A stretch of DNA of 63,717 bases, filler included, from Reticulomyxa filosa (lineage: Eukaryota > Protista > Foraminifera), in assembly GCA_000512085.1 (NCBI GenBank). It is 18 parts of 18 records of this genome, joined end to end, with 100 filler letters (N's around TTAATTAATTAA, not from the genome) between each part and the next. Parts side by side here need not be neighbours in the genome. Positions count along the whole stretch, not along the records: positions 23,596 to 26,079 come from ASPP01009169.1; positions 26,180 to 35,723 come from ASPP01006956.1; positions 35,824 to 44,758 come from ASPP01005454.1; 15 more parts are not named here. The stretch is one strand, 5' to 3'. Positions 23,713 through 37,682 of this stretch are shown one piece after another; position 1 is the first letter of the stretch; the number at the start of each line of letters is the position of its first letter. The position numbers and the translations under genes were made by a program. The notes beneath the pieces are model-generated. The model had not been told where the DNA came from. It did no database searches and was given only the letters and a program-made list of their open reading frames with translations.

Positions 23713-25908
23713 GTAGCAATGTGCCAAGTGTTCCATTTCGCAAGTTTTTGCCATTGATTTGTCAAATCTCTTCCCGTTTATCATTGAACCCTTCTTCTTC
23801 TTCATCTGCCACTGCAACAACAAGTGTGTCGAGACAGAAACCCAGAGAAGACACTAGCGCGTCCCCCTCTTGGGCTACGACAACAACAGCAACGACACAA
23901 GAGTTTCACGACACCATCTACCATTTGGTGAAACAAATGGCAATTGAACATCCTTACCATGTCTTGTATCAGCTGTTCTTGCTGTCCAATGCAGATCAAA
24001 TTGATGATCTTGCTATGTTGAAGTCAGGCTTTCAAACCAATGAAAGACGCAAATACGCCGCCAATTGCTTGTTGAAAGAATTGAAGCAGTTACTATCCTT
24101 ATGACCAAGAGAGAAAAGAGAGGGGGGGAAAAAAAAGACAAGTAGGCAGGGTATACGTATAATTAGAACAAATCTTTTTTTTTTTTTGTTTGTTTGATAT
24201 TTTTTTCAAACATGGAAAATAAATAAATAAATAAGAGACGAAAATTTGAGAGCAATAATTGAGAATTTGGACAAGTTGATCAAAGGGTATCGAGATATTG
24301 CATTAGCGGGACATTGCGAAAGCAACAAGACATCAAAAACGGAAAAGTGCAAGACGTTTGACATCGACAAATTCGCACTGTCGAGAATTGTGAACAGCAA
24401 TGTGCTACCTGTGGTGAGCGTTGATTATCCTGTTTTGCCAGGAAAGCAATACCGAGACCGCGAGGTGTTTAATGTCCCATTTATCCAGGGATGGAATCCC
24501 AAAGCAGAATTTTCCGCGAGTGGGATCACCAAACCCGTCATTGTGGAATGCCTTGGAAGTGACGGTAGTGTTCATCGGCAGCTTGTCAAACCACAAGACG
24601 ACTTGAGACAAGTTTGTATTACTCCTATCTAACAATTTCCTTGTTTTTTTTTTAACAGTTGGTCTTGTCATTACAGGAAAGAGTCAAATTTAAAAAAAAT
24701 AAAAAAAAATAGGATGCAGTGATGCAGCAAGTGTTCGGGTTGGTAAACACATTGCTTGCACAATCTTTATCGATTCGAGAAGGGAGAGTGCAAATTCGAA
24801 CGTATAAATGCGTTCCTTTGACTCCGACCATTGGCTTGGTTGAATGGGTCAGAGACACGATACCGATGGGCATCTATTTGCACAAGGCTCATCTTAAATA
24901 TCAAAGAAATAGAGACTTAACTCCGGCACAGTTTAGGAGGAGAGAGATGCACTTTTTTTTTTGCTTTATGTACATGGTGAAAAAAAAATTGGGGCGTGTC
25001 TCATGATGCAAATGTACTATTTGTACACGTACATATATAGGGCCCGAAGCCAGATGTCTGCAATGGCTGAAAATCAGAAAAAAAGATACGACAATTAGAC
25101 AGGTATTTGATGAAATATGCAACAAATTTCCACCTGTGCTACACCATTTTTTTATTGAACGTTTTGCTTGTCCCGTGGCATGGTTCCAGGCTCGATTGAA
25201 TTATGTCCGATCTGTTGCCACCAATTCCATGGTTGGATATTTGCTAGGATTGGGAGACAGACATCCACATAATATTTTGTTGGACCAAAAGTCTGCTGAA
25301 CTTATCCATGTCGATCTAGGAGTGGCATTTGATTTGGTATTTTTTTTTTTTTATTTTTTTTGTGCGTGCGCTTATGTTGTATACGTTTATGACATCAAAT
25401 GTGACGCTCCAAAAAAAACAATCATATAAAGGGACGTTTGCTGAAAACTCCAGAAATGGTACCATTTCGTTTAACCAGAGATATTGTTGATGGCATGGGA
25501 GTGCAAGGGACACAAGGGACGTTTCAAAGATGTTGTATTGAAGTCATGAAAAACTTAAAAGAAAATCGAGAAATGATTTATACTGTGCTCGAAGTTTTTA
25601 TTCATGATCCACTCTATCGCTGGTCTTTGTCTTACCAAAAGATTAAAAAACTTCAAAGAGACGAAATAACTGACCGACTTGCGATGGAGTATCAAAAAGA
25701 AAATGAAGCTGAGATAAAGAATCAAGAAGATGCTACAAAAGGAAATGAAAAAGCTTTAAGGGCTCTTCAGAGGATAAGAGAAAAGTTTCAAGGCATTGAG
25801 TATGGACACATTTATTCTGTTGAAGCTCAAGTAAACTGGTTAATTGCTGAAGCTACGGAAAGAGGAAACCTTTGTCGGATGTATCATGGTTGGTGTGCTT
25901 GGATGTGA
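23713..25908 (+). CDS. ATM: Serine/threonine kinase ATM/Tel1, C-terminal FAT end, PI3K-like kinase domain and FATC (5'-partial)
   Basis: EHPYHVLYQLFLLSNA, CLGSDG..RQLVK..DDLRQDAVMQQVF, GLGDRHPHNIL..HVDLGVAF, PEMVPFRLTRDIVDGMG and NLCRMYHGWCAWM*. Introns at 24612-24712, 24931-25040 and 25337-25431. Probable 1-nt error in the A-run near 25080. Confidence 0.93.
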
Positions 25909-26271
25909 TATCTTATGTTTTCATTTAGGCCTTTGGCTCATATTGATAACTTTTCGGTAAATCACTTAATGCTACACCATTTATTAGTAACCACATACCA
26001 GTTTTTCAAAGCTAGATAAAAAAAGATTTTTGAAATAAATTACAGTACATCGATCTTTAGAAATAATTGAAATTTTTCANNNNNNNNNNNNNNNNNNNNN
26101 NNNNNNNNNNNNNNNNNNNNNNNTTAATTAATTAANNNNNNNNNNNNNNNNNNNNNNNNNNNNNNNNNNNNNNNNNNNNCTTTTTTATTAAAAAACGAAG
26201 TTGAAAAAACTTACGCGTGCAAAATTATGTAATCTGTTGTGTTTGTATGTGTGTACTTTTGAAATGTTGGA

Positions 26272-28271
26272 ATGAAAAAGTGTGTGATGAGATGGGAAGA
26301 GAAATACATAAAACATGGAATTGGTTCGGGTTTACAAAACTTGGGAAACTCGTGCTTTATGAATGCGACGTTGCAATGTTTGGCTTACACTCCATCGTTT
26401 GCACAATTGATGGCGCAGTATCTCCATCGCCCCATTTGTTTTGTAATTTTGTGTATTTTTTTTTTTTTTTTTTACGTTTTAAACGTGAAGAGAATTGATT
26501 GAGTGGTAGTTAGAGATGATTTTTTTTTTTTTTTTTTGTGTGCGTAATGTCAGGCAAGAAACGTGTAGCAGCAGAACATTGTCTCTTATGTGATATGGAA
26601 GCAACCATCCCCGAAATGCTTATGGGTTCATCTTCCAAGCCAATGCAAGCGTCATCTTGCTTCAAAAATTTGCAAGGTAACACTCTTGCAGTTCGTGTTG
26701 GATTTTTAACTTTTTTTTCCCCTACATAATACCTAAAAAAAACTCAATCCAATTTCCAAATTTTGTTATATCACACACACACACACACACACATGTGTAA
26801 TGTATAAAGCTGTGAATGATTTATTCACTCCTGGATGTCAAGAGGACGCACATGAGTATTTACAAAGTCTATTGGATCGCTTGGACAGTGCCTATGATGA
26901 CACTTTGCCAAACAAAAATAAGTAATTTTTGTTTCAATATGTGGGAAAGGAGAGAAAAAAGGAAAAAGAGGACGTTTGTAAAAAATAAAAAAGGAGCCAA
27001 AATGATTATTATCAATTTTTTTTTTTTTTTTTTTTTTTGAAGAAAAAAAAAGATTGAGAACAAGTCATATGTGTGAATAGACAACGCAAGTTTGTAAACC
27101 CAACGAAATTGATGGAAGGGGCAATAAAGACAGATATAATGTGTGGCGGCTGTCGTCGACATTCTTTTACAGAAGAACCTTTTTATTGCTTGTCTCTTTC
27201 TGCTGAAGACACAACTTCACTTGAAGAAGTTCCGTAGCTCTTAATACTTTGGAAAAATACGTATACACATCTACAAAAATTCAATGATATTTTTTTAAAA
27301 AAATTGGTTTGTGTACGTTTTCAAAAAAAAAAAAAAAACAACAATGAATGAATGAATGGATGAAAGTCATTGGTAATATTGTCGCATGATGAGTTGATGC
27401 AAGGAAATGACAAGTATTTTTGTGTGGAGTGCCAAAACAAAAAAGTGTCGAAAAAAAGGATGACAATAAGCCGATTGCCGCCAACATTGATAATTCACTT
27501 GAAACGCTTTTGTGTTTCGAAGTACTCGTCGCAACACAAGCAAGTTACAATGCACAAAATTTCACAGCACATTCAGTTCCCCGAAGTGTTGGATTTTGGC
27601 GAAAAGAGTCCGTACATTCACGAAGACGACCTCAACCGAATCGAAAATGGGGATCGCAAATATGAGTTGTATGCGATATTAGTTCACAGCGGACCGCAAG
27701 TGGGCTATGGACATTACTATGCTTTGGTCAAATCCCCGTCGGGAGATTGGTTCAAAATGAACGACAGCCAAGTCTTACCCATTCCGATCAAACGGGTAAG
27801 TAGATATACAAAATAATATCATATGCATATAGCGAAACACATTGTGTCTAAATTTTTTAATTTTTTTTTGTTCTACAACAGGTGTTGAAGGAACAAGCCT
27901 ATTTACTCTTTTATCGTCGCACGACTCATGTGGAAATGGACTATCGGTTGGCCGCATTGACGGGTGTGGAAGCTGATGCTATCGCCATGCGTCAACACTT
28001 AAACTCGGAAAATGAAAGCAAGAGTGCCAGAGCCACCGAGGATGAAGAATCTAGCTCTTCTTCTCACACGAGTAATAGTGCCAACGAGACTGGAATACGC
28101 GAGGATCTGATCACTCAAAATTATTTCGAAGAGAGTGAGTGCAAACGGCCGAGTACTGATACCTCTGGATCTGTTGAAGTTGTTCCAAAAAAGATTTTGC
28201 ATCATATTGATACTGCTGATGGAATTGATGAGTATCAAATGGTTGGAATGCCTTCGTCAACTTCATCCTAG
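26272..28271 (+). CDS. Ubiquitin-specific protease (peptidase C19, USP36/USP42-like), multi-exon
   Basis: Cys box GLQNLGNSCFMNATLQCL, QEDAHEYL, LIIHLKRF, His box HSG..GHYYALVK..WFKMNDS, and QAYLLFY. Confidence 0.92.
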
Positions 28272-28899
28272 TTGCTTTGCCTCATATTACTGTGTAATTG
28301 TGTTTTTTTCCTTTTTTTGTGTTGGAACTTGTTGCAGTAATGGGCCTGTCCCCTCTTTAAATTAATCATTGCGATTGTCATTGTCATTGATTGTCTTTTA
28401 ATGTTTTTTACAAACTTGCGTTCTTTTGAATACCAGGATACATTTTTTCTTACAAGAAACAACACACTTTAAGTAAGTTGATCACCTAAATTACTTCATC
28501 ATAATTTTTTTTGTTTGTTTTTATCCAACATAAAATTAACAATTGAATTGGATAGTCAACAACATTTATCCTAGAAAAATAATGCTATCTTAAATGTAGC
28601 CCATTTTTAAAATATCATTGAATGTCAAAATGGTTTCCAACCCGATCTTCTGTGTGCCACACAATTCAATCCAAAATTAGTTTTCAGGTTAGAAAATATT
28701 CGTTAAAGTCGAAAATTTCTTTAGTCGAACGTTTTTGTAGATATTTTCGGTTAGAAAACTTGAAACCAAATACAAATGAATAATTTTTTTTTGGAGACGA
28801 AACGTGCAGGCAGGAAAAAAAAATTATCGATACCTCTTCATTTAAAATTGTATCTCGAGGGCCGTTAAAGCAATATTAAGCCAAAATAAAAAAATAGGA

Positions 28900-31800
28900 A
28901 TGGATTCGGCAACAATTTGGTTTGGTAGGTGTTTTATCCAAAAGAAAGATTTAGATTATTGTAAACTACAGAGTCAAAAAAATGATCGGCGCCACTGTGT
29001 CGTGTGTGGTGGTCCACCAACGGAATTGGACGTTCCAAATGTATCAAAAGAATGGTTAACGAGCCTGTCATTATCCAGTGCAAATATAAACGGAAGTGGA
29101 ACGGGGATGACGTACAAATGTAGCCAGTGTTTTAGCCGATGTCATTTGTCCTGTTTAAAGAAAGAGTGTGTGGAGCGAAAGCAGAAAAAAAGAGACGACA
29201 GCAAAAGCGAAAGAGAAAGTGAGAATGAGCATGAGGAGATGGTAATAACATGTCCAATGTGTGAGAAGGGGTCAAGCATTGACGAAAAGGTTACAAACAG
29301 TTTGGTGTTTTAAGAAGACCCTCTCCCTCTTTCTCTCTTTCTCTCTTTCTCTCTTAAAAAGAACATTTATTTTTGATTGGGCGTGGGGAAAAAAAAGATT
29401 ACTCCCGATTGCAAGAGTCAATGATAGAAGAAAAAAAACTCTTAAGAGACTGGGCCACAAATGAATGCGTAGCATGTGGAGAAAGGGGTTCATCGTTGAG
29501 ATGCGCACTATGCTTTTGTGACGAAGGCGCAAACGCGCAAGCAATGAAGATGGCGATGGACGTGCAGAAACGAAGAAACTACACGAGACTGCAGTCGAAG
29601 CAGTTGGAAGAAATGAAATCGGAGTTGGAGCGACAGTACGAATGGGATAAAGCGATTGGAAGTCGTCTGTTTATAACCGGGGACAGACAGTTGGACTGCG
29701 TCGGACAGTTTCATCTGCGATGCATAGTCGGGAAGGAAGCAGAAGACAACGAAAGAGAAAGTGGAGAGCAAGAAACAGAAACAGAAGAAAAAGAAGAAGA
29801 AGAAGAAGAAGAAAAGAAAAAGAAAAAGAAAAAGAAGATGATGATAATAATGACAATAATAATAATGACAATAATGATAATGACGATAATGAAGATGAAG
29901 AAGAAAAAAAAAAAAAAGAAGAAGAAGAAGAATAAGAAGAAGAAGAAGAGAAAAAAGATATCGAAGAACGCACCCAATCAAACACGTGAAACGCGTAGTT
30001 AATTGGGTGTGCCCATTGTGTACTCACAACCATGGAGAGACTCGTCTCGAGACGCTGCGATATTTCGAGACGAGACGATTGGCCCATCGACGACGCAAGT
30101 TAATGGAGCAGCACAAACGGATGAATGTTGAATTGGACGAGATCAAGCAGTGTGCGTTTTGTCGTCAAACAGGCGATAGCACCAGCGAGGGCGTGTATTT
30201 TGACGAAGAAAACGAGTTGATTGGTCCCATCGCAAAGCACAATGCAAGCAAGCAATGGGTGCATTACAAATGCGCACTGTGGTCGCCTCGCGTCTTTGTG
30301 AAAGGCAATCGCGTATTGTTCAATGTCGCCAGCGAAGTCCAAAGAGCACGTCGTCTGTCATGTCACGTGTGCAATCGCTTTGGAGCCTCCATCGGCTGCT
30401 ACGTACGTGGCTGTCCCTTTTGCTTTCACTATCCTTGCGCAAAAGCGTTCCATTGCTTCATGGACGAAGAGGCCTTTGCCATTCTCTGTCCGCAACACCA
30501 CTTTATCTATTGCATCCAACAGTCCATCTCAAACGCCAATGGCATCTTGCGAACGCAGATGCTTGGCCTTCGAAGTGACGTCTTTGAAATCTGTCGATTC
30601 GAAAAGCCGTGCGAGCGTAAACGACTTATCAATCTCAGGGTCAAGCCCATCGACTGCGTACAGAGATATCAATCCAGCGCTCAAGTGTGGAGTTGCTTCA
30701 TGCATAAATATCCCCAATTTACTATCAACTTGAAACTGTCCTCCATGTTTTTTCATCGCAATAAGTACACGCAACTTCAGTCTTTGCTCGTCGGTCGCAG
30801 TCACGGTCGTCGTATTCCCAAAGGCATCAAACGTCTACGCAAGCGCAGGCGAGATCATCAGGCCACCGACTTCGAGGCGGAGGACGAAGATGCTGTTCAC
30901 GAACGCAAGAGAAGAAAGTTATTCCATTTGGAGCCAATCAAAATGGAGTCCTTACGTATGCATACGTATACGTATAATTAACTATATCACCCAATTTTTT
31001 TTTTTTTTTTGTTACTATTACCCTTTATACCACACACACACACACACATACACATACACACATATATATAGAGAAAGATAACGAATGGACGGACATGTCC
31101 GAACTGATCGGAGGTTTACAGGAAGTATTTCAAGTATTAAAAGAAAGCGTGGTACTCCCTTTGCAATACCCGGAGCTATTTATGAGTGGCGACAAAGGTG
31201 GTATACAGATGAAATGCGTGAAAGGTATACTGCTGCATGGACCTCCAGGCACTGGCAAAACGTTACTGATGAAGAACTTGATGCAATACTGTCAATCTCA
31301 ATTTCGATCCACTCCGATTTCCTTCTTTAGTCGTCGCGGACCCGACCTCTTGAGCAAATACCACGGCGAAACGGAGCGCAATTTGCGCTCGTTGTTTCAA
31401 CGCGCCAAGCAATGCGCTCCTTCCGTCATCTTCTTCGACGAAATCGATGGCTTGTGTCCGATTCGATCACACAAACACGAGCAAGTCCACAACTCCGTCG
31501 TCACCACCTTGCTGTCCTTGATGGACGGCTTAGAAAAGGAAACGCGCACTTCTAAGCTCCAACATGTGTTTGTCATTGCTGCAACCAATCGAATAGGTTT
31601 TTATATACATATATATATACATATGTATTGTCGTGAGTGACTAAAAAAAAAAAAAAAAAATGAACCACAATTTATGTCACACAGATAACATCGACCCTGC
31701 GTTGCGTCGACCAGGGAGGTTCGACCGTGAGTTGTGCATTGGCTTGCCAGGCTCGAAAGCGAGACTGGAAATCCTTCGCATTCATTGCCAAAAGTGGCCC

Positions 31801-32830
31801 AACTTTGAGCAGATGACTACAGACGACCAATGGAACAAGTACTTTCAAACACTTGTCCAACAAACTGTTGGCCTTTCTGGTGCGGACTTGCAATATCTCT
31901 GTAACCAAGCCTTTTGGCACGGTGTGCGTCGCATCTTTCCAAACCTTTGTGATACCTCTGCTGATCAACAACATTTTCTTAAGAAAATCAAAGAATCTAA
32001 CTTTTCCATTGAAATCCAAGATTTTCAAACTGTGTTACGTGCAGATTCGTCCATATCAAAGAAAACATGGATACATTTTCCAGATGTGCAAGACCTCTTT
32101 CTTGACCACCGCCTGAGTGATTTGTTCGCTAATCTTTTGAAGCGCGTTCAATTCTTTTTCGATTGCAGTCATATCAATGTCGATCTTCATGCATATCAAA
32201 TTGGAGCTGAACAACAACAAGAAGAAAAAGAGAGACAGCTTTCTTTTGTACATTCGCAAACGTTGTCCCCATGTTCAATGTCCAAACTAGGACGAATACT
32301 ATATCACGATCATTTACTTTTGAGTTGTGATGAAGATCAATCCGCTCGGCTTCATTTACTGCTACGTCTTTTGTTGCTTCGTTTGGAACAGGCAAATATC
32401 GAATATGTCACATTCCCATACGTTATGGCGGAACCCTCTTTGCCTGAAATGTACCGGCTTGTCACAACCCAAGTCCTTCAGGCTTTGCGACAGCACGACC
32501 GAATTGGCGTTATTGTCATACCTGACATTCATTGTTGGTTACGACTTCATTGTGGCTTGATCAGGTCTTTTGCTTTGTTGTGTTACTACTTTTTTTTGTG
32601 CAAGTGAACAAACACCAAGTTTGAGACAATTTTCACTTTGTGGCCTTGTACTTCAAAGGAATTTGCTGTTAACATCGCTGAGCTTACTTAAAAATCGCCA
32701 CTCGTTTTTAGTGATTGCAACTAGCTCTGTGAAATGGTCGATTTCGAATGCTCAGAAATTTGATTGGCCGATGGACGTGTTTCGTTTTTTCAATAATCGT
32801 GGAATTTTTTCTGTTGATCAAAAAGTTTGA
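28900..32830 (+). CDS. PHD/extended-PHD finger plus AAA+ ATPase (ATAD2/Yta7-like), multi-exon
   Basis: PHD-like Cys/His patterns, ePHD (WVHYKCALWSP..CHVCNRFGASIGC..FHYPCA), Walker A GPPGTGKT, DLLSKYHGETERNLR, Walker B FFDEIDGL, HNSVVTTLLSLMDGL and DPALRRPGRFDRE. Frameshifts in the low-complexity tract 29800-29950. Confidence 0.88.
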
Positions 32831-33338
32831 TCACTCAGTGTTTGTCTTGAAATGTGAAAGATATTTGGATCGGTGCACGGTATTTGCATATTCTTTTGTT
32901 TTAGTAAAACGACTAATTTAAACGTGAATTCCTCAAAATATGCACTTCACTTTAAACTTAAACAACTTTACAAGAGTTTTGAAAAAGAAAAAGGCCCTTT
33001 GTTAAGGGAAAATGTTATTAGAGGGGTATCCTGTTTCATAAACAAAAAATCTACAAATTCCATTGGGGTAAAAAAAATGAGAAAAAATAAAAATGAGAAA
33101 AAAAAGGACTCGGATTCCACCGAAACAAATCAGAAAAACAACAACATCAAACTTTGTAAACAAATGTTCGATGGAAATTTCAAATAAACAAATATCGTTT
33201 ACAATTCCTTCAGTGATAAAACATAATTTAACAAAGGCTGGCTGCAAGGAGCCTCGTGGTTTTGATGTAATTCAAAGAAGTGAAATATAAATTCAAAGTG
33301 CTAAAACGTTCGCAAATGTTTTGTTGATAGACTGAGGT

Positions 33339-35681
33339 TTAGGTAGTGTTGCACAAATCAATTTTTTTGCTTTGCAACTGGAGGCAAAGGACGTGAATGG
33401 ATATTATCATTGACAGCTTGCTTATTTGCAAATTTCCCTTTTTAGGGCCGATTCCAACTTCTAACATTTTGGACAAAAAGCGCTTGCGGTACATAGTAGG
33501 TTCCATACACGACAAGCCATCGCCATCATCACAACACAAATGAACTTTATAAAAGCGTTCAAACCTCTTAAAGTGATTCCAATCTTGTAAGATATCGATT
33601 ATCCCAATGCAGTAAAATCCCGGGCCTTCCACAAGTTCCGCTTTCATCGTGCTTCTATGGTCTTGCACAATACGCATATCCTCATTTCCTAATAGCAATG
33701 CATCCGCTCGTTTCTTTGTATCTTTTCCTTTTGCTATTTTCAATTTTTGTTTGTTTGTTAAAAAAAAAATCGAGCATTCTTTTGTGTTCAAAGGAAAAGA
33801 AAAACAATTGGCAGAAACTATTAACCTGCAGTTTTGACTTGACGAAAAGTTTGTTCATCTTCAAATTCTTCGGGAATAGCTCCTTGTTGCGGTACTCCCA
33901 AATCCTTGAGTTTGAGATCACTGTTTGGCTTCCACATTGGCGCGAGAGCAGGATGCAATCCTTCAGGAACAGCGCCGGTTGATGACAATGCTATGGTGTT
34001 GGGTTTGCTCTCCGATGTCCCAGGCTTAATGTCAAGTCGTAGTCGATTTGCTGTTTGCAGCTTAGGGGCTTGGTATGACTGATATCGATTTGTCTTGACG
34101 GAGTCTTAGGTGATTGATAATATTTTTTTTTTAATACATACAAATATACACGTATATGTATTATATAGATGTACATATGTATATATTTGTATACAAAAAG
34201 TATGTACATATATACATATATACACGTATATACCATATAAAGGCGCAAATACCCAATCACTGGAATAAAGATGGGACGAGTCCAATCCGACATTGTAAAT
34301 ACCAAGCATGAGAGAGTAATCCATGACTTGCGATTGTTCCAAAAACTTGGTGTCCGCTTTGAGTTGGTTCCACACTCGAATAGACACATCTTCTGGCAAT
34401 AACACATTTTTATGAAAATCACGATCCTTCATCACTTTCTATGCACATTGGTTTGAAAAAAAGGAGTTAAAGAAAGAGCAACAATATAAAACATGTGTGG
34501 ATTAAATTTCTGAGTACCGAGTTACTCAACTCCAAGTTCGGTGTGATGGCGAGTGACTCGGCGCACAAATGATCCTTTCAAATCGTATCGCTCATGTGGA
34601 GTGTAGCCAGGAACAAAGATATTATTCATCACCACAAAATACAATTTTGTGCCATGGATATGTATGCAATGTAATCTATGAAACACAAAGCAATTAAGTG
34701 TTTACAAGAATATTTGCCATCTTTTTTTTTTTTTTTTTTTTAAGAAAAAGAGATTGCAGACATACCCAAAGTATTTGTTAAGAAGAGAAGACTGATAGGT
34801 TTTAAAGTGTTGTACGTAGGAAGGCAGCATGCGTATGCATGTAGGCACTTCATCAAACTCTCTCAGTGATTTGATAAAGTATTTAGAGTCCGGCGTCAAA
34901 AAGAAGAAAGCCCTGGGGGACGACCAATCCAAAAAAAAAAAAAGCGATTGTTTATTCGACAAACAAACAACAAGAAAAGAAATCAAACGGAAATAAAAAT
35001 GGAAATGACTAAAACATACCCAGACTTGCCTTCAGAGAAATTACATTGAGACAACCAATCATCTTCATCTTCCAATTTAATACTTTGCAAATATTCCTCT
35101 TCCGTGATTTGATAAAGTTCTCTTCGCATTGCTCCAAACACATTGGGTGCATAGTCTGTGAATTCCACTAGCAAGCCTTTGGTGGATTGGTTTCCAGTCG
35201 TCAGTTTGTTTTCCAACACCACCGCAAATTTATTTACACCTTTGACATCTTTGATTGATTTTGGAAAGTGTTCGTCTCCGATCGTATCCAATTTCCACTC
35301 TTTGGCTTCATTGGACTCCGTCCTTGTCGCTTGGCGGATGCCATTGATCATATGCACCACAATCTGTCATATACACAAGCATTTCCCCCCCCCCCCCCCC
35401 TGGTCTTTAAGAAAAAAAAAAAAAGTAAAGCAAACAAACAGGGATGGAGTAGTGTACAAAATGTGCACACAATAAAAAAAAAAAAAAAACAGTACTCTGC
35501 AAAGTCTTTAGTTACATATACATCCGTCCATTTTCATATGTTATATGTGTGCATTAACTTCTTTTCGCAAAGCGTCGGAGATAGTTTTCTCGAATTGATC
35601 TTGCTCTTTTTGCAAGCGGCGCACACGAGAAGCAAGCATAAGTTCTCTAGCAGTTTATTTTGCAAACGATTGAAAGAGTAG
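33339..35681 (-). CDS. Phosphatidylinositol-phosphate 5-kinase (PIP5K), multi-exon, 5'-partial
   Basis: FTDYAPNVF, FSEGKSG|AFFFLTPDSKYFIKS, RYDLKGS, KDRDF, MDYSLMLGI, GIIDILQDW and LSCMEPTMYRKRF. Confidence 0.93.
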
Positions 35682-35823
35682 GGGAGGGGGAGGGGAGAGG
35701 AAAAAAAAGTTTGTAAAAAAAAANNNNNNNNNNNNNNNNNNNNNNNNNNNNNNNNNNNNNNNNNNNNTTAATTAATTAANNNNNNNNNNNNNNNNNNNNN
35801 NNNNNNNNNNNNNNNNNNNNNNN

Positions 35824-35862
<39 letters not shown>

Positions 35863-35885
35863 AAGGAGAAAGAAAAAAAACAACA

Positions 35886-37046
35886 ATGAAGTCAGAAAAG
35901 AGCACAACTTCATTTCTGTGTCCAATGATAGCAGGCATGGATTCCTCCTGTTCCAGAGTGTTTGGTTCCCATTCGACATCAAACTCCTTTGCGATTTCCT
36001 TGAGTCGGGCTATCACCGCTTCACGGGTCGGAGGTTCCACACTCAACTTTTCTATTATCTATTTGTTATTGTATACATATTGTCATCACGTGTTGTTCCC
36101 CCCCTCTCTCTCTTAACATTGATATCCACGGACATTTTTTTTTTTTTATTTCTTATTTTTTGTTGTTTACAGTTGCTTTATCTTTTCAACATTTAAGAAT
36201 CAAACTTAAACAATTCATCTCACCCAATCAAATTATATGACATTCAAACTATTCTTTTTTTTTTTTTTTTTTTGGTTTCACTGACCTGCTTTGAGACACG
36301 TCCGGATCGATTTTCCATATTTTCATCAAGCCATTTTTGGCCCCACTTCGCAGCAAATTGTCTTCCCAACTTTAAGAAAAGGGAGGGAGGTCATAGGTGT
36401 ATGCGTTTTTTTTTTGGGGTTGTTTATCAATTTTTTCCCCCTCTCCCCCCCTTTTTTTTTTTTAGGCAGGAGAAAAAGCTAAACTTCCCCAAGTTCGGGA
36501 ATGTCAAGACGCTTGGCGCAATACAAAATAGAGCATATGGATTCAGTGAGGTCCTCTGGACATTCTCTGTCCATATTGAAAAATAAACAACCCCATATTT
36601 GATTTTGTCAAGTGCTGCTTTTATTACACTTACAGTTTTTATAATATCTCGTTTTTTGTCAAGTTTTTTTTTTTGCTATATAAACAAAAAATAACTTGGA
36701 ACTTTCGATTTGTTTTACCCTTTGATGGATTAAGTCACACATCATTTCCAACCATTCCATCACTCGGCATAGGTTCTCTTCTCGGATAATGCCTTCCACT
36801 TTGATGCGTGCAGATTGCTCTTTTTCGTCCACTAGTAGCTGGGCTATTTCTCGTCGCTGTTTTGTCATTGCATTCTCTTTCTTTTGGATGTGCGCTTTCA
36901 TCCGACTTGAAGCCATGTTCGACTTCACTTTTAGCGTCTGAATTTTTTTTGTTTTGCCAAAACTCAGTCAACAGATTGTGCTTAATACAAACGAAAAAGA
37001 GAAAAGCGACCAATTTTCATACTTCCACAGAAAAATCATTCCCCAT
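35886..37046 (-). CDS. IST1: IST1 homolog (ESCRT-III-like regulator of Vps4), multi-exon, 3'-partial
   Basis: RREIAQLL..EQSARIKVEGIIREE..LEMMCDLI, ECPEDLTESICSILYCA..IPEL, QFAAKWG and KLSVEPP..LKEIAKEFDVEW. ATG at 37046. Confidence 0.9.
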
Positions 37047-37682
37047 ATTTAATCCTAAATAGGTTATACAAATCCAAACGATATTATATTTTTTTATAAA
37101 TATTTCTATGGCCCCTTCATGTCGACTCTTTTTCTTCGTAATCAACTGTACACCATATATTTTTTTTTGTCCAAAATATAATTTATGCCAATCCACCAGG
37201 CTATTGTCATTTAAAAATTAAGACAAATTAATAAAAAACGTTTTTATAATAATAGTCAAATGAACAAAAAGAAAACTCAATTGTCAATTATTTTTTTTAT
37301 TTAAATATTTTTAAAAGACACAAAAATAAAACAACTATTTGAACAATGTAAGTCACTAAATTTTTTTATAATTAAATACATTATAACATAAATTTTAATT
37401 TGCACAATATATTCATGTTAAATTCAATAAATCTATTTTTGAAATAATAAAATATCTAACATAAATTAATTCTTTCATATTCACATTTAGTTCTGAATTA
37501 AAGGAGTTTTCTTTTTGAAAAAGTTCAATTATCAACTATAGAAAATGATTTTTAGAAAAGTAGGAAGGCCAGTAAGGAATACAGGTTGGTAATTACTTAA
37601 TGTTTTAATAAATATAATATTGATATATTTACTACAAATAGCAACACGAGGACGAGGAAGAGGGAACAGGTGCACACTACTT

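Noticed and set aside
25075-25085. Programmed frameshift in ATM (and in 29800-29950)
   Set aside because: The shifts fall in A homopolymers or microsatellites, where sequencing indels are the simpler explanation.
22189-25908. 22.2-23.5 kb contig as the N-terminal part of ATM
   Set aside because: It is separated by a spacer, decayed, and shows an internal duplication unrelated to ATM motifs.
29508-30087. Antisense poly-Phe/Leu/Ser ORFs (also 38248-39658)
   Set aside because: Shadows of low-complexity coding repeats on the other strand.
26272-37046. Functional cluster of ubiquitin/ESCRT/PIP genes
   Set aside because: These are ordinary eukaryotic housekeeping genes, partly on different contigs, with no evidence of co-regulation.
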